Shown one piece after another: positions 38,618-50,939 of a stretch of 64,000 nucleotides of DNA. The stretch lies in the NCBI RefSeq assembly GCF_963921235.1, contig NC_086108.1:78122001-78186000 (forward strand). Reading direction: 5' to 3'. Below the pieces are notes generated by a model. The model was not told the origin of the DNA. It searched no databases and worked only from the letters and a program-made list of their open reading frames with translations. Numbering within the stretch: position 1 is the stretch's first letter; the number at the start of each line of letters is the position of its first letter. Made by a program: the position numbers and the translations under genes. This stretch comes from Mobula hypostoma (lineage: Eukaryota).

Positions 38618-39196
38618 GTATTAGTGCCAACCTGTGCCTTTCTTTGGAAAGCATATTGGACCAAGAAAGGACCATGCTGCTCAGCGGAATCGTGAAAATG
38701 ATGAAAGCAGTGGTCCGACTACAATAGTTTTTGTAGGCAACATATCTGAGAAAGCTTCTGATATGTTAATCAGGCAGTTTTGCAAAATCTGGCTTGGCTT
38801 TACGCTGGAAGTGAGTTCAAGGAGCTTCAGGAAATTTGCAAGCATTCAACTTTTGTGAAGAACCACGGTTTACTCTGCGTGCATTAAGATTATTACATGA
38901 ACTTTAAATAGGAGACAAAATGCTGCGTGTAGAAGTAGATACAAAGACCAAAACCCAAAGCTGGATGAATGGAAGGCCAAAAAGAAAGGAGTCAATGGAG
39001 ATATGAAAACAGAGGATTGATAAGATGTTGTGGATGAGGAAACCAGGAGGAGAGATCAGTGTAAAGGGAACAATAGAAGGATTAATAAGAAAATACTCCA
39101 GTGAACTGCATGCACTTCCCAAGATCAAAATGCACAAAATAGAAAGAAGAGAAAGGAAAACAAAGAAGAGGATAATATAAGTGCTATGGAAATGGA
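38618..39196 (+). pseudogene. RBM25: Processed (intronless) pseudogene fragment of RNA-binding motif protein 25, RRM region
   Basis: Translates across frameshifts to VLVPT, GKHIGPRKDH..ENDESSGPTTIVFVGNISEKASDMLIRQ, VQGASG.LQAF.FCE, TLRALRLLHEL*IGDK.L.V.VDTKTK, LDEWKAKKK, DEETRRRDQ, IEGLIRKYSSEL, ISAMEM, matching RBM25 as I recall it; no introns, several stops and frameshifts. Confidence 0.92.
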
Positions 39197-39258
39197 TTGT
39201 GTTGAATAGTGGAACAGACCCAAAGGATCAAAGGGCCACCTCCTGTTCCTATTGTCTA
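39197..39258 (+). mobile_element. CR1-type 3' tail directly fused to the RBM25 fragment
   Basis: gaatagtggaacagacccaaaggatcaaagggccacctcctgttcctattgtcta aligns by eye to the CR1 terminus at ~35419-35472. Confidence 0.7.
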
Positions 39259-40417
39259 GACAGATTGAAACTCCTTTGTGCCTGTCTGGTGATGGTCCAC
39301 AGAAAAATGTCCCCAATCATCCTCCTCTAAGCAGGAGAACTGTTCTTTTGAAGTATAGACACTCCTGGGTTGTGTAAGGGTTCCAACTGTCTGTAACCCT
39401 ATGTTTCTGTAAGTCGGAAATGCTAGTGGCTAAGTATGCTCTCAACTGAGATCACAAAGTTGCAATTCTAAGTTAATTAGCTGCACATTAGTACAGAACT
39501 TAGTTAATTTTATTCTTAGCTAGATATCAGTTTGAATTCATTAATTGGTTAGATTTGTGCTACAGATTCAAAATATTCCATCCCATAGGAGTTGCTGGAC
39601 TGCAGAATGCCAGACCTTAGTTTCAAGCTATATTTTTGATCCATCTTACAATTAAATCACATTCCCAATCTTTTGAAAGCCTGCACAGTTTTCTTTGGAG
39701 ATGCAGTTACTATTAACAAGATGGCTGCAGCCAGTGGAAAGAAATGAACCCAGGTCTCTGAGACCTGAATCTGATTAGAAGCAGAACTTAACTGGTATGG
39801 ATACAATTGCACCTACTTCAGTTTATCAAAAAAATGTTTGTATCATTTCACAAATAATCTATGACTTTGGTGTAGGGCACCTGAGTACGACATTGGGAAA
39901 ACCTATTATGGAGGGTTAGTGGGGTGCTGCAGCAATCTGAAAATTGTTTCGGAAAAAGTTCTCACCTTTCTGTGTGAGATAACATGGTTGTCAGCTTTTT
40001 GAAGCATACTATTGTTGGGAGTCATCTGACTGATTTTATTGTGAATACGGGGAAAATAAGCCAATTAATTTAGGGTTCTAAGTTTATTATTTTAACTGTA
40101 GATTTTAAAAATTATTGATACAGATCCTGAGTCAGTGTTACCTGGAAACTTCACCATTTCAGCTGTTTCACAGTCTTTGCATATGCTTAGTATCAACTGA
40201 AATAAATCCATTGAAAATACCTGAATCTTTGTTTTGGGCAGGATCTCACTTAGCTGTGAATCCCTCACTCACACCTGTGTTCCTAGGCATGAACCAGTAG
40301 TACTGAACCTTGCAGAAATATAGTGTGAGATTGTGAAATGTATCTGTCTTGCTAATTGGCAGCTAGAGAAATATTATCAACTCTGGAATTGCTTCCAAAG
40401 AATCATTCCAGTTAAAT

Positions 40418-40545
40418 ATCTAGCATTTTCATGCTACAGCAAAACAACCACCGTACTTCAAAAGTACATTACTGTGCCTAAAGTATTTTTGAAATGCCCT
40501 GACATTGTGCAAGATGGTATATAAATGCAGGTCTTTCTTTCTTTT
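40418..40545 (+). mobile_element. Deu-SINE (SacSINE1/AmnSINE1-like) 3' tail remnant
   Basis: acttcaaaagtac...aaagtattttg...tatataaatgcaggtctttcttt resembles the recalled tail consensus. Confidence 0.55.
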
Positions 40546-40554
40546 GTTCCTTAA

Positions 40555-42350
40555 TATATCATGGTTCATGTGGGTACCAATAGCAGGGGCAGGATGAGGG
40601 ATGAGGTCCTGCAAAGGGATTTTAGGAAGCTAGGTAGAACATTTAAAAAGCAGGACATTAAGTGTTGTAATCTCAGGATTGCTACACATGCAACTTGCTA
40701 GTAAGGTGAGAAATGGACACAGAGTGCAGTTCAATATGTGGCCAAGTTTCTGGTGCAGGAAGGAGGGCTTCAGATTTATGGATCTTTGGGCTCTTTTCCA
40801 GGACCTGTACAAGGAAGATGGTTTACATCTGAACTGGAAGGGAAGCAATACCCTCTCTGAGGTTTACTGGTGCTACTCGGGAAGGTTTGAACTAGTGGCA
40901 GTAAGATGGAAACCACAGCAGTATAGCGGCAGTGATAGGGTTGAGGTATGACTGTTAGATGGTGTGACAAGTAAGACTGAAAGGAAGGATTGCAAGGGTC
41001 AGGCTAGTAAACAGTGGGACTGATGGGCTGAAATGTGTTTACTTCAACACCGGGATGCAATGAGTAAGGAGGATGAATTTAGAATATGGAATTACAATGT
41101 TGTTGCTATTACAGAGAACTTGTTTTGTGAAGGGCAGGACTGGCAGCTCAATATTCCAGGGTTAAAAAGTAGAGGGGCTGCACTAATGACAATGTAGTAT
41201 ATCACTGCAGTAGTCAGAGGAGGCACACCGAAGGGCTCATCAACAGACTCGCAGAGTGCCTACGCTGAAGAAGTTTAAATCTTCCCTTCGAGAGTTCATT
41301 GAAACCCTGTCTCCCACTCCCCCTCTGTGATTTCAGCTGCCCTCTGACTCTTTGCACCTATTGCCTTCCAGCTGGCCTCTTTCCCCTCCTCCCCTCCGCA
41401 CCCCTCCTTTTATTCTGGCATTTTCCCCTTCTCATTCCTGAAGAAGGGTCTCAGCCTGAAACATCAACTGTTTACTTTTCCATAGAGGCTGTCTGATCTG
41501 AGTTCCTCCAGCATTTTGTGTGTCTTGCTTTGGATTTCCAGCATCTGCAGACTTTCTCATGTAGGGTATAAATCATTTACTGATATTGGCAGAGAAGTGG
41601 CAGATGCAGTTTAATATGGGCAAGTGAGAAGTGTTGCACATTAGGAGGTTAACTGGAAGGAGAAAATATACAGTTGATGTTAGACCCATTATAGCATTGA
41701 GGTACAGAGGGATCTTGGTCCAGGTCCATAGTTCCCTGAAATTGGCTATGCAAGTAGATAAGGTGGCATCTGGCATGATTATCTTTATTAGTAGAGATGT
41801 TGAGTATCAGAGTAACAAGTCATGCTGCAACTGTATAAAACTTCAGTGAGACTGTACTTGGAGTATTGCATGCTGTACTGGCTGCCCCATTATAGGAAGG
41901 ATGTGGAGTTTGTGGAGACGATGCAGAGGAGTTTTACCAGGATGTGTCCTGGATTAGAAAGCTATGAGAGAAGTTCCGACAAGCTTAAGTTATTCTCCCT
42001 AAACTGTTGGAGGCTAAGATGAGTCCTTCAAGTGGATTTGAAATTTTAGAGAGGCATATGTAGGGTAGACAATTAAAATCTTTTCCCCAGGCTAGAAATG
42101 GCAAGCATCAGAGGACAGGCTGTTAAGCTTAAAGGCGATGTGAGAGGCAATTTTTTTTTAAATGCTGAGAGTGGCAGGTGCCTGGCATAGGTTAACTGGG
42201 GTTGTAGTGCAAACAGCATTTGGTGGAGGTGGAGTTAGATAGATGTGTGAAATGGAGGTATATACCTAATACTCAGGAGGCTGACTTTTGGTATAAATTG
42301 ACATCTGGATTAACACAAATAGCCTATCCATTGCTGTACTGTTCTATATT
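40555..42350 (+). mobile_element. Old CR1: ORF1 esterase remnant, ORF2 start and 3' end, interrupted by a Penelope fragment
   Basis: HVGTN, VVISGLL, WCRKEGFRF, DGLHLN (SGNH esterase); VAITE; LQLYKTSVRLYLEYC. Confidence 0.8.
41245..41562 (+). mobile_element. Penelope-like 3' fragment with hammerhead motif
   Basis: Pyrimidine-rich body, CTGAAGA-AGGGTCTCAGCCT-GAAAC-ATC at 41438-41465, terminus ctgagttcctccagca...cagcatctgcag. Confidence 0.75.
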
Positions 42351-42809
42351 TTATATATTGCCTACTATACAGCAATTTATTAAGTTCAATGAAAATACAA
42401 TGCAAAAAATAAGATAGGAAATTATATTTTGAATCACTGAAACCAGATTTGTATTTGATTATCTTCATCAATAATCTCGTGTTTCCATACAATCTAAAGC
42501 AATCAATCTGGAAAAATCAAAGATATCAAATGAAAGTGCATTTGTTATATAATCATCCTCCACTTCAGAAGCTATCACAAGGAACACAATCGATTTCTAA
42601 ACACTATTCCTTTTATCTCCAAAAATGTATTCTTAGATTTTATCAAAAATGGTTAGATCAATTGACCTAAAGCTCTCTTCTCACTTGCTTATCATTCTCC
42701 CTCTCATAAACAAATATATTACTTTCAAGTCAAATGACTCAATTTGCCAGCTCAGTGATGGATTGGAAATTTATAGCTTCTGGCATTACCAAGCTGCCTT
42801 GTTTATATA

Positions 42810-43870
42810 CAGTCGGCCCTCCTTACCCGTGAGTTCGGCATGCGCAAATTCAACCAACCGCGAATCAAGAAAACCTGAAAGTGCTCTTCCAGCACTTGTT
42901 GTTTGAGCATGTACAGACTTCTTTTTCTTGTCATTATCCCCTAAACAATGCAGTATAAAACTATTTTACATAGCATTTACATTGTATTAGGTATTGGAAG
43001 TAATCGAGAGATGATTTTAAAGTATACGGGAGGACGTGCGTAGGCTATCGTGGATAGAGATAAAAAAAACATACGTTCTCTTACTAAGTAAGTTAGAACA
43101 GGTACATCTGGTATTACTTAGCATCAGTTAAACGTTTATCTTAGTATATAGTGTATATATTTTGCCTTTCTATGCATATAAAACACTTAAGAAACGTATG
43201 TTTCGGCGCCGGGCTCAGGAACGAAAGTTCCCGAGTTCAATCCAGTGACAGACCCCTCCATCTGTGCCAGGTTGATGTGGAGAATCATGTGGTAAACCAT
43301 ATATACGTTGTAACTTGTTTAACTGTCTGGACACATCCCTCTGCTGACTGCCCCTGTGGCTCCTCCCACGGATTCCTGTATAAAGGTGATTTCGCCTTGC
43401 CCCTGCCCCTCAGTCCGGGGGCAGACACTCACCATGGAGGTCGTATTGTTGTACAGTGAATAAAAGCCTTTCGGTATTTTAACTAACCTTAGTCTTTTGG
43501 AGTTATTGAAGGTGCTTCAGATCAAAAACCCAATAATTAAACCTTGCTTAGTAATAATTGTAGCTTTCATCGGGGCAGGGCCTTTCTCACTTTTTCCTTT
43601 AAAATTGTTCTGATCATTGACCGACTGTAGCCTAACGCTTTTCCAATGACCGATGGCATTTCACCTCTTTCCGCTCGCTTTATTATTTCCACTTTATTTT
43701 CAATCATGATTATTTTCGTGAACAGAAACACTGCGGATTCAGAGCTCTGCCGCCGTGTCCTAATGTCCACCACATTGAGACCGGTTGAATGAGGGACTTG
43801 AGCATCTGCGTTTTTTGGTATCAGCGAGGGGTCCCGGAACCAATCCCTCGTGGGTAAGGAGGGCCGACTG
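42810..43870 (-). mobile_element. Tigger/pogo-like non-autonomous DNA transposon
   Basis: TIRs cagtcggccctccttaccc / gggtaaggagggccgactg with TA TSDs (42808-09, 43871-72); psq-type HTH remnant IENKVEIIKRAERGEMPSVIGKALGYSRSMIRTILK. Confidence 0.9.
43288..43519 (+). mobile_element. 232-bp solo LTR nested in the Tigger-like element
   Basis: TG...CA ends, tataaa at ~43379, aataaa at ~43459, 5-bp TSD aatca / gatca. Confidence 0.7.
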
Positions 43871-46800
43871 TAGTGCACACTATCAGGACACAAAACTGTT
43901 CATCCTTTGTAAGCCATTTCTTTGACTATAGATATATGTACATAGCCTTTAACGTACACTGGGAATCATATCTTTTCCCTGTTCTCAAAATTCCATACAG
44001 TATCCTTGCAGTATCATGCAGTGCCAGAATCACTTGCTAACACTCCACTTCACTCCCCTTTTTGCCTCAACTCTCTTTTGTAAATGCCATGATTGAGAAT
44101 GTTAAGTTCTCAGTGTAGTCTAAGCCTAAGGCATGAACCCATTATAACTCTTGTATTATGTGCATGACCAACAATGAAGACTGACATGCAGTAACATGCA
44201 TAAATAGATTCTTATGTAATAGATCCAAGTCGCAGTTTGTGACCTATTAAAAGAATGAGTTTTAAAAACATGGATTAGTAACTGTAGGGCTCTGCAAGGC
44301 ATGCATGGCCTGTTTCTTCAGTTATTTAATTTTTGGTATTGCATTGTTTTGACAATTATATCCTTCATGGATATATAGCTTTGTTACTGTTCTTTTGCCA
44401 AAGGCAGTATTACAAACTCAAGCTACCTTCCATGACACTAGATCGTCTGAAATGTCAGACTTGGCGTTCTGAAGAAACGTCTAGAAAGCAACAAAAATTG
44501 TACACTATATTTAGTTGATCATTTCTAACATTATTATGAGGGTGTATTTGTCTCCATTAATGGCAGAAGAGAACCAAGTTGCAAATCCCATTTGCAGGGT
44601 CTCCACCCGTATTGATCTGTGCAATCATGTTCAAGTGCCTGGAATAAGTTCTCTTTGAAACGAAGTAAGGTATTACCAAAAAAATAGGTTGTGAATAAGC
44701 CATACTGTCTACAATCGTATTAAAATGAAATAGCTGCTGATGGGGTAATGCAAATGAAAGGAAATGAGCTAAAATATTGATATCATGCTGTCTTTTACCT
44801 TTAGTCTTTACCTTTAATTAGCTGTTTATTCATCTTTATGTATATTCTCCATGGCTGCACCATCAATGCTTTAATGTAGACATCGGCATAAGTTAATTTC
44901 AGTGAATTTGGCAACATATCAAATTATGATCAGACCTTTTTTTGAGTTTTGTATTCACAATTCACAATATCATCTGAATCTTTAATACGATTGTTCATTT
45001 TTGATTATTTAGAATACTCTGTATAATAAATCATTGTTTTACAATGGTTGTGAAATGCTGTGGGATATCCTAACAATGTGAAAGCCCAATTTTTGCCTTC
45101 TAAACTACATCTGAATAGATTTTTATTCATCTCTAGATCATAATGTCATAAATATATCCCAATTATGCTTGCCATTTTGATGCAAACCAAATGAAAAAAA
45201 AGATTGTATAAAATGGAAGAAAACCCTAACACCTATGTATTGTGGTAAACTCTAATCAAATATTGAACAGCTGATAGTATCTGCAGAAGTTCGCTTTTGT
45301 ATCCAAGGGCCTTTTTATTTCATTACTGTCCTTTAGGAGAAGAAAATCTGCTTGGATTGTCAAAACGTAACTACAGACTGAGCACAATGACTGGCTCTTA
45401 ACTGCTGTTTAAAACAACCCACCAACCCACTCAGTTCACATAGTGATTCACTATCAAAGGCAATTGGGGGTGGGCAATAAACATTAGCCTTTCTAATGAG
45501 CCCCATTTTCCCAGAAAGAATCAAAAGGCCAATTGTCCAAAAACTAAACTGCACCTGAAGGGAGCAGAGAAGAACCTGGGAGCCTTTCAGAAGTCTTAAC
45601 ATAGAGGCTTAACATAACAATACCAACATATGAGGAGAAAGAATGCTTTGAATTTCAAAGTAACAGCCTTCGTAGCATACAGATTTCATTTTAATTATAG
45701 TAAAAGTTAAAATTCTGTGTTAGTCTTCATTTACTTCAGAACTCTGAAGACCAAGCACTGCATGTCTCCAAAACTGCTTGGAGCTTCACTGAGGAGTTGG
45801 TGCCACAATCATGGTTTTACAATAGCTCTAATTGTTGGCTGCCAACAAAGGTTCACTGAGATATGCAGGATTAGGGAGGATTATATTTGTTGACAGAAGG
45901 TTGTTTCTTAAAATTACAAAGTTGCTGAGCTTCATTCTTAAACATCGTTCAACAACAACCTGCATATGTTGTTTTTATCATAGAGAAACATCCCAATCCA
46001 TTCTATAGAGATATAGCCAGAAAAATCAAAATGGCTAGCATCATTTTAAAAAAAGGGAAGCACTGAAAAGGACAATCAAATGCTTGATCAATCAAGTGAA
46101 TTTTATAGATTCTCGCTAGTGGTGAGAGAGGTAGAAAGGGAAGGGGATAGGAGTTTGCGCAGAGAGCCATTTTCTTTTGGATTTCCCAGACATTTTTATA
46201 TTATTTGGAATTGAATAAGGTTTTAACAAGCAAAGAAGCAGCAAAACTTTGACATGGAGAACACAAGCAAATCCAAAATGCAAAGAATAGATTTGAGAAT
46301 TAACCAGTGTTTAAAAATATCCTTGTCCAGTCGTGAGCAAGCTGACAGAGCCCATTCCTTCAAGTTGATTACTGCAAACATATCACCCCTATGTCAGCTT
46401 CTATTAAGTACAACCTAGAAATATTTTGATCCCAGGTTATAAGGTGCTTAAATGGTGTCCTTATTCAGTAACAGTGGTAAAGAAGCTCAAGGGCGCAGGG
46501 TAAATATGCTAATTTAAAGTCCAGTCTAATATTCCTTCACCTCTATGCCTATAAGCTCCCAGATGAATAGATTTTTCAAGAAGTCCTATCCTTTTGAGGT
46601 AGAAGGAACAGGATAATTTCCTGAACAAGGAAAATTTTCCTTTCATTGTGCAAACAATTGATGCATTTATTTGAAGGGACAACCAGTAGAAGAACAAAAT
46701 TCAAAGCTAGAATAATTTCCAAATTATGGCAAGCAAGAATAAAACTACTATATGAAGAGGGAAATATTTCAGGCTTTGGACTATGTTTGTACCTGGGAGA

Positions 46801-46939
46801 ACTTGTCTGATGATATAGAGTGATTCAGAGACATAGCCAGAGGTGCTGCAGATCGCCTGGTCCTTCATAAGGAAGGAAATGTATTGCTGTGTTTCATTGA
46901 GATCTAGAACAGGTGCTGGAAGTGGCAACTGATAAATCG

Positions 46940-49127
46940 GAATCAGAATCAGATTTATTATCACCAGCATGTGTCGTGAAATTTGTAAATTTAGCAGCAG
47001 CAGCAGGACAATGCAATACATAATGAAGAAGAAAAAAAATCAATCAATTACAGTATATGTGTATTGAATAGATTAAAAATCGTGCAAAAACAGAAATAGT
47101 ATATATTAAGAAAGTGAGGTAGTGTTCACTGTTTCAACGACCATTCAGGAATCAGACGGCAGAGGAGAAGAAGCTGTTCCTGAATCGCTGAGTGTGAGCC
47201 TTCAGGCTTCTGTGGTGGCATCCGTTAGTCTTGCGACACCATAGATCTGCACCTGGAAAGTCTTGCTTCAGTCTGCGTTGGTAGAGCAGCGTCTGTTGTG
47301 GCTGTAGAGGCCCACATGGGAGTGACAGTCTCGACTGCAGCGACTGTACTTGAAGGCACTGTCCTCCAGTGCTGTCTTGGTGCTGTTTTTTTTTGGTGAG
47401 TGCGCTTTTCTTCAGCAGCAAGTCTCAACTTCTCTTTTTTTTAGACCTCTGCGCTCTTGCAGACATCTTTGAAATGAAGATGGGGCCGCCCTTGTGCTCT
47501 CTTGCCGAAGTCCAGTTCCCCGAACAGCAGGTCTTTCGGGATCCTCCTGTCTGAAGTGTGGTGTACCCAGCCAGCGAAGGTGGTGTTGTTGGAGCAGGGT
47601 GAAGAGGCTGGGTATCTGGGCGTGGGCCAGGACCTCATTGTTGGTGACTCGGTCAGTCCACTTGACGTCCAGGATGAGTCTCGGGCTGCAAAGGTGGAAG
47701 GCATTGAGACGCTGCTCTTGTCTGGAGTAGAGGCTCCAGGTCTCACTGCCGTAAAGCAGTGTGCTGAGGACGCAGGCCCTGTAGACTGCAACCTTGGTGT
47801 GCGTCGTCAGCTCTCTACTCTCCCAGACTCCCTTTGTCAGCCTGGCGAATGTTGAGGCTGCTCGTCCAATCTATCTGTTGATCTCAGGGTCCAGGGAGAG
47901 GCTGTCCGTGATGGTGGAGCCAAGGTATGTAAACTTGTGAACTACCTCCAGCTCGTAGTTGTTGGTAATGGCAGGGGAGTGCTCAATGCCTTGGCCCAAC
48001 ACATTTGTTTTCTTCAGGCTGATCATCAAGCTGAAGTCCTGGCAGGCTCTTGAGAAGCTGTCCATGAGGCGTTGCAGTTGCTCTTCAGAGTGTGTTGCCA
48101 GTGCTGCGTCATCCGCAAACAACATGTCCCTGATGAGTACTTCACGAACCTTGGTTTTTGCCCTCAGCCGGGACAGACTGAACAACCTCCCATCCGATCT
48201 GATGTGGAGGTAAACACCATCAGTTGATGTTCCAAAGGTATGCTTCAGCATGACTGCGAAGAAGATGCCAAACGGGGTGGGGGCAAGCACACAGCCCTGC
48301 TTCACACCGCTGCTTATGTTGAAGGTTCCAAGGTTGTCAAGCCGAGGAGTGGTAGTGGGGACAAGCTCCCACTACCTAAAAGTGCTCCACATGGCATGCA
48401 CCTCAAATAGCCTCTGACAACCAAGTCCAAGGCTTCTGTAACAATGAGAAAAGGGCATGCCCTGGGTGCTGGGGGTCCTTAATAATGGACACTGCCTTTC
48501 TGCGACACCGCTCCTTGAAGATGTCCTGGGTACTTTGTAGGCTAGTACCCAAGATAGAGCCGACTAAATTTAAGACTCTGCGGTTTTTGGTCCTGTGCAG
48601 TAGCCCTCCCGTACCAGACAGTGATGCAGCCTGTCAGAATGCTGTCCACGGTACAGCTATAGAAGTTTTTGAGTGTTTTTGTTAACATACTAAATCTCTT
48701 CAAACTCCTAATAAAGTATAGTCGCTGTTCTGCCTTCTTTATAGCTGCATCAATATGTTGGGACCAGGTTAGGTCCTCAGATCTTGACACCCAGGAACTT
48801 GAAACTGCTCACTCTCTCCACCTCTGATCCCTCTGAGGATTAGTATGTGTTCCTTCGTCTTACCTTTTCCTGAAGTCCACAATCAGCTCTTTCGTCTTAC
48901 TGACGTTGAGTGCCAGGTCGTTGCTGCGACACCACTCCACTAGTGGATATATCTCACTCCCATACACCCTCTCATCTCCATCTGAAATTCTACCAACAAT
49001 AGTTGTACCATCAGTAAATTTATAGATGGTATTTGAGCTATGCCTAGCCACACAGTCATGGCTGTAGAGAGAGTAGAGCAGTGGGCTAAGCACACACCCC
49101 TGAGGTGCATCAGTGCTGATCGTCAAC
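46940..49127 (-). mobile_element. Rex1/Babar LINE RT fragment and 3' UTR, split by an RTE insertion
   Basis: APQGCVLSPLLYSLY..D, KFTDGTTIVG, LNVSKTKELIVDFR, QRLYFIRSLKRF, VDSILTGCITVWYG; tail gaatcagaatcag. Confidence 0.9.
47214..48429 (-). mobile_element. RTE-clade LINE, 5'-truncated, 10-bp TSD
   Basis: KQGCVLAPT.F.IFF, RLRAKTKV, MLFADDAAL, ISLKKT, FTYLGSTI, RIPKDLLFGEL..GKRAQGRP.L.FKDVCK; perfect TSD aggcttctgt 47204-47213 / 48430-48439. Confidence 0.92.
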
Positions 49128-50939
49128 ACTGATGATGTAGAAAGTTTGTTGAAATATTACTGTTCCTTTATCAATTGCTGAGAATCAATTGGGAAAGTAA
49201 CCACAAAATATGACATGGGATCAGAATCTGAATGAAAGTGATAGGGATGGAAAACTAATTCAAGCAAAACCATGCAAACTAAATTGAGAAAATAAATAAG
49301 CAACAGTGAGAGATAACTGCAAAATAACGGAGGCGCAGGAACACCAGTATTGCATGGAAAAAAATAAGAACATTGTTGAGGCATTTTATATCCTGGGATC
49401 AAAATATTTCTTGGTTGTACATAATAGAAGTTAGTGTAGGTGTGATATGTTTGCAGTCATCAACTTGAAGGAATAGGCAGGAAAATGAGCAGAAATATTC
49501 TAGCAAGATCATTTGCAAACAAAAAGGATTTCTGGGTTTACAATTCTATGATTTTGAATCTTGTGAGACATTGAGATTTTCCATATTTTAAGGGAAAATA
49601 TTTTATAAAAAAATATTTTATTTTCCATATTTCCTCTATTGACCAGTCTTTGGAAGTAGAAGGATTTAAATATTCTATTTTTGGACAGGCAGAGGTGAGA
49701 GAGGCACTGTCAAATTGTGCAACATTTCACAATGTTTTTAGTCATTTTTGAGCAGCAAACACTCCCAAATCAAGTTATTTGGAGATGCATACCAGTATTC
49801 ATCATTCTGTGTCCAAGTGGTTTTATTATTGCCAATAACTTAACATTGTCCTTTGACATTTCTGTTTCTAAACCACTCTACTTAGGATCTTTCTGAATAA
49901 ACCTGCCAGTCTAATGAGACTTATTTCCAGTTCATGAGCAGCTTTGCAGCTTGGAAGCTCGGAAGCTTGCCCAGTAGAGACTAGATTTACATTGCCAAAG
50001 TAAAAAACCTAACACATCCGTGAGAAAGGAAGATTTGTTCCCTAAAACTGGATGGGATTGGGAATTGTATTGTAATCATGACTGCTGAAGAAAGGCTTCT
50101 TTGCTTGGGCTAGATTTATTTCTGGATCTGGTGAAAGGATGTTACACTTATATGGCTTCAGTTTGCCAGGAATGGCACGGTAGCAGCAGAATCTTCAAGT
50201 GAACATTACTAACTAAAAAACCAGCGTCGCTGAGCTGGTATTAACTCAGTTTGGTCTCCTTTCTTTCTTCACTGGTCCAAATTATCACAACCACGTACAG
50301 GAAGCAGATTACATTGTCTCCTGGTTATGTACAGAAATTACCGGCTGTCAGATCACGGTAGAGCAATACACTAATTAAATGTTCTGGTTAAGCACACAAC
50401 ATGCTTGATGCCAACCTCCGACAGCATGAACAAATGCAAAATGACATTTAATTTTTATTTCGAGTGGAGAGGAGGTGAATGGAGCTGTTTTGGGCATTGA
50501 CGGGTGATTAAATCTTTATGATCACCAAAGAGTGTTTATTTATAGTAAACTTAAAAATAAGTTTGAAGCACCTTAAAGAAATTAACTTGGAGCATACCTT
50601 CTAAAAATCGTAATTTTTAAAGTTTAGAATTTTGATATCTATCTTTAGAAAGTTTAAATAAGAGCTATCTCCTAAAAATAAATGCACATCAGTAAGAAGT
50701 AAAATGTAGAAGTCTGATACATCATGAAATCTATTGTAAATAGAGACCAAATGCATATCAATATATGCATTGCAGAAGTCCCTAAGATTTGTAGCAGCAA
50801 ATAAAACTATTTAATAACAAGAACATGGATTTTGGAGCACTTTAATCCCCTATTCAAATTTTGTCATTATAAATACAGTAAAACTGTTATAATTTGTTTT
50901 CTGACTGCTTTGACACAACCTCTGTGTTATCATGTCCCA

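Noticed and set aside
38618..39196. Functional RBM25 exons
   Set aside because: No introns or splice sites, multiple frameshifts and in-frame stops
43200..43260. tRNA gene
   Set aside because: Only a B-box-like motif; no cloverleaf can be folded
44560..44670. Small ORF MAEENQVANP... followed by gtaagg
   Set aside because: The stop precedes the donor-like site and no homology is recognised
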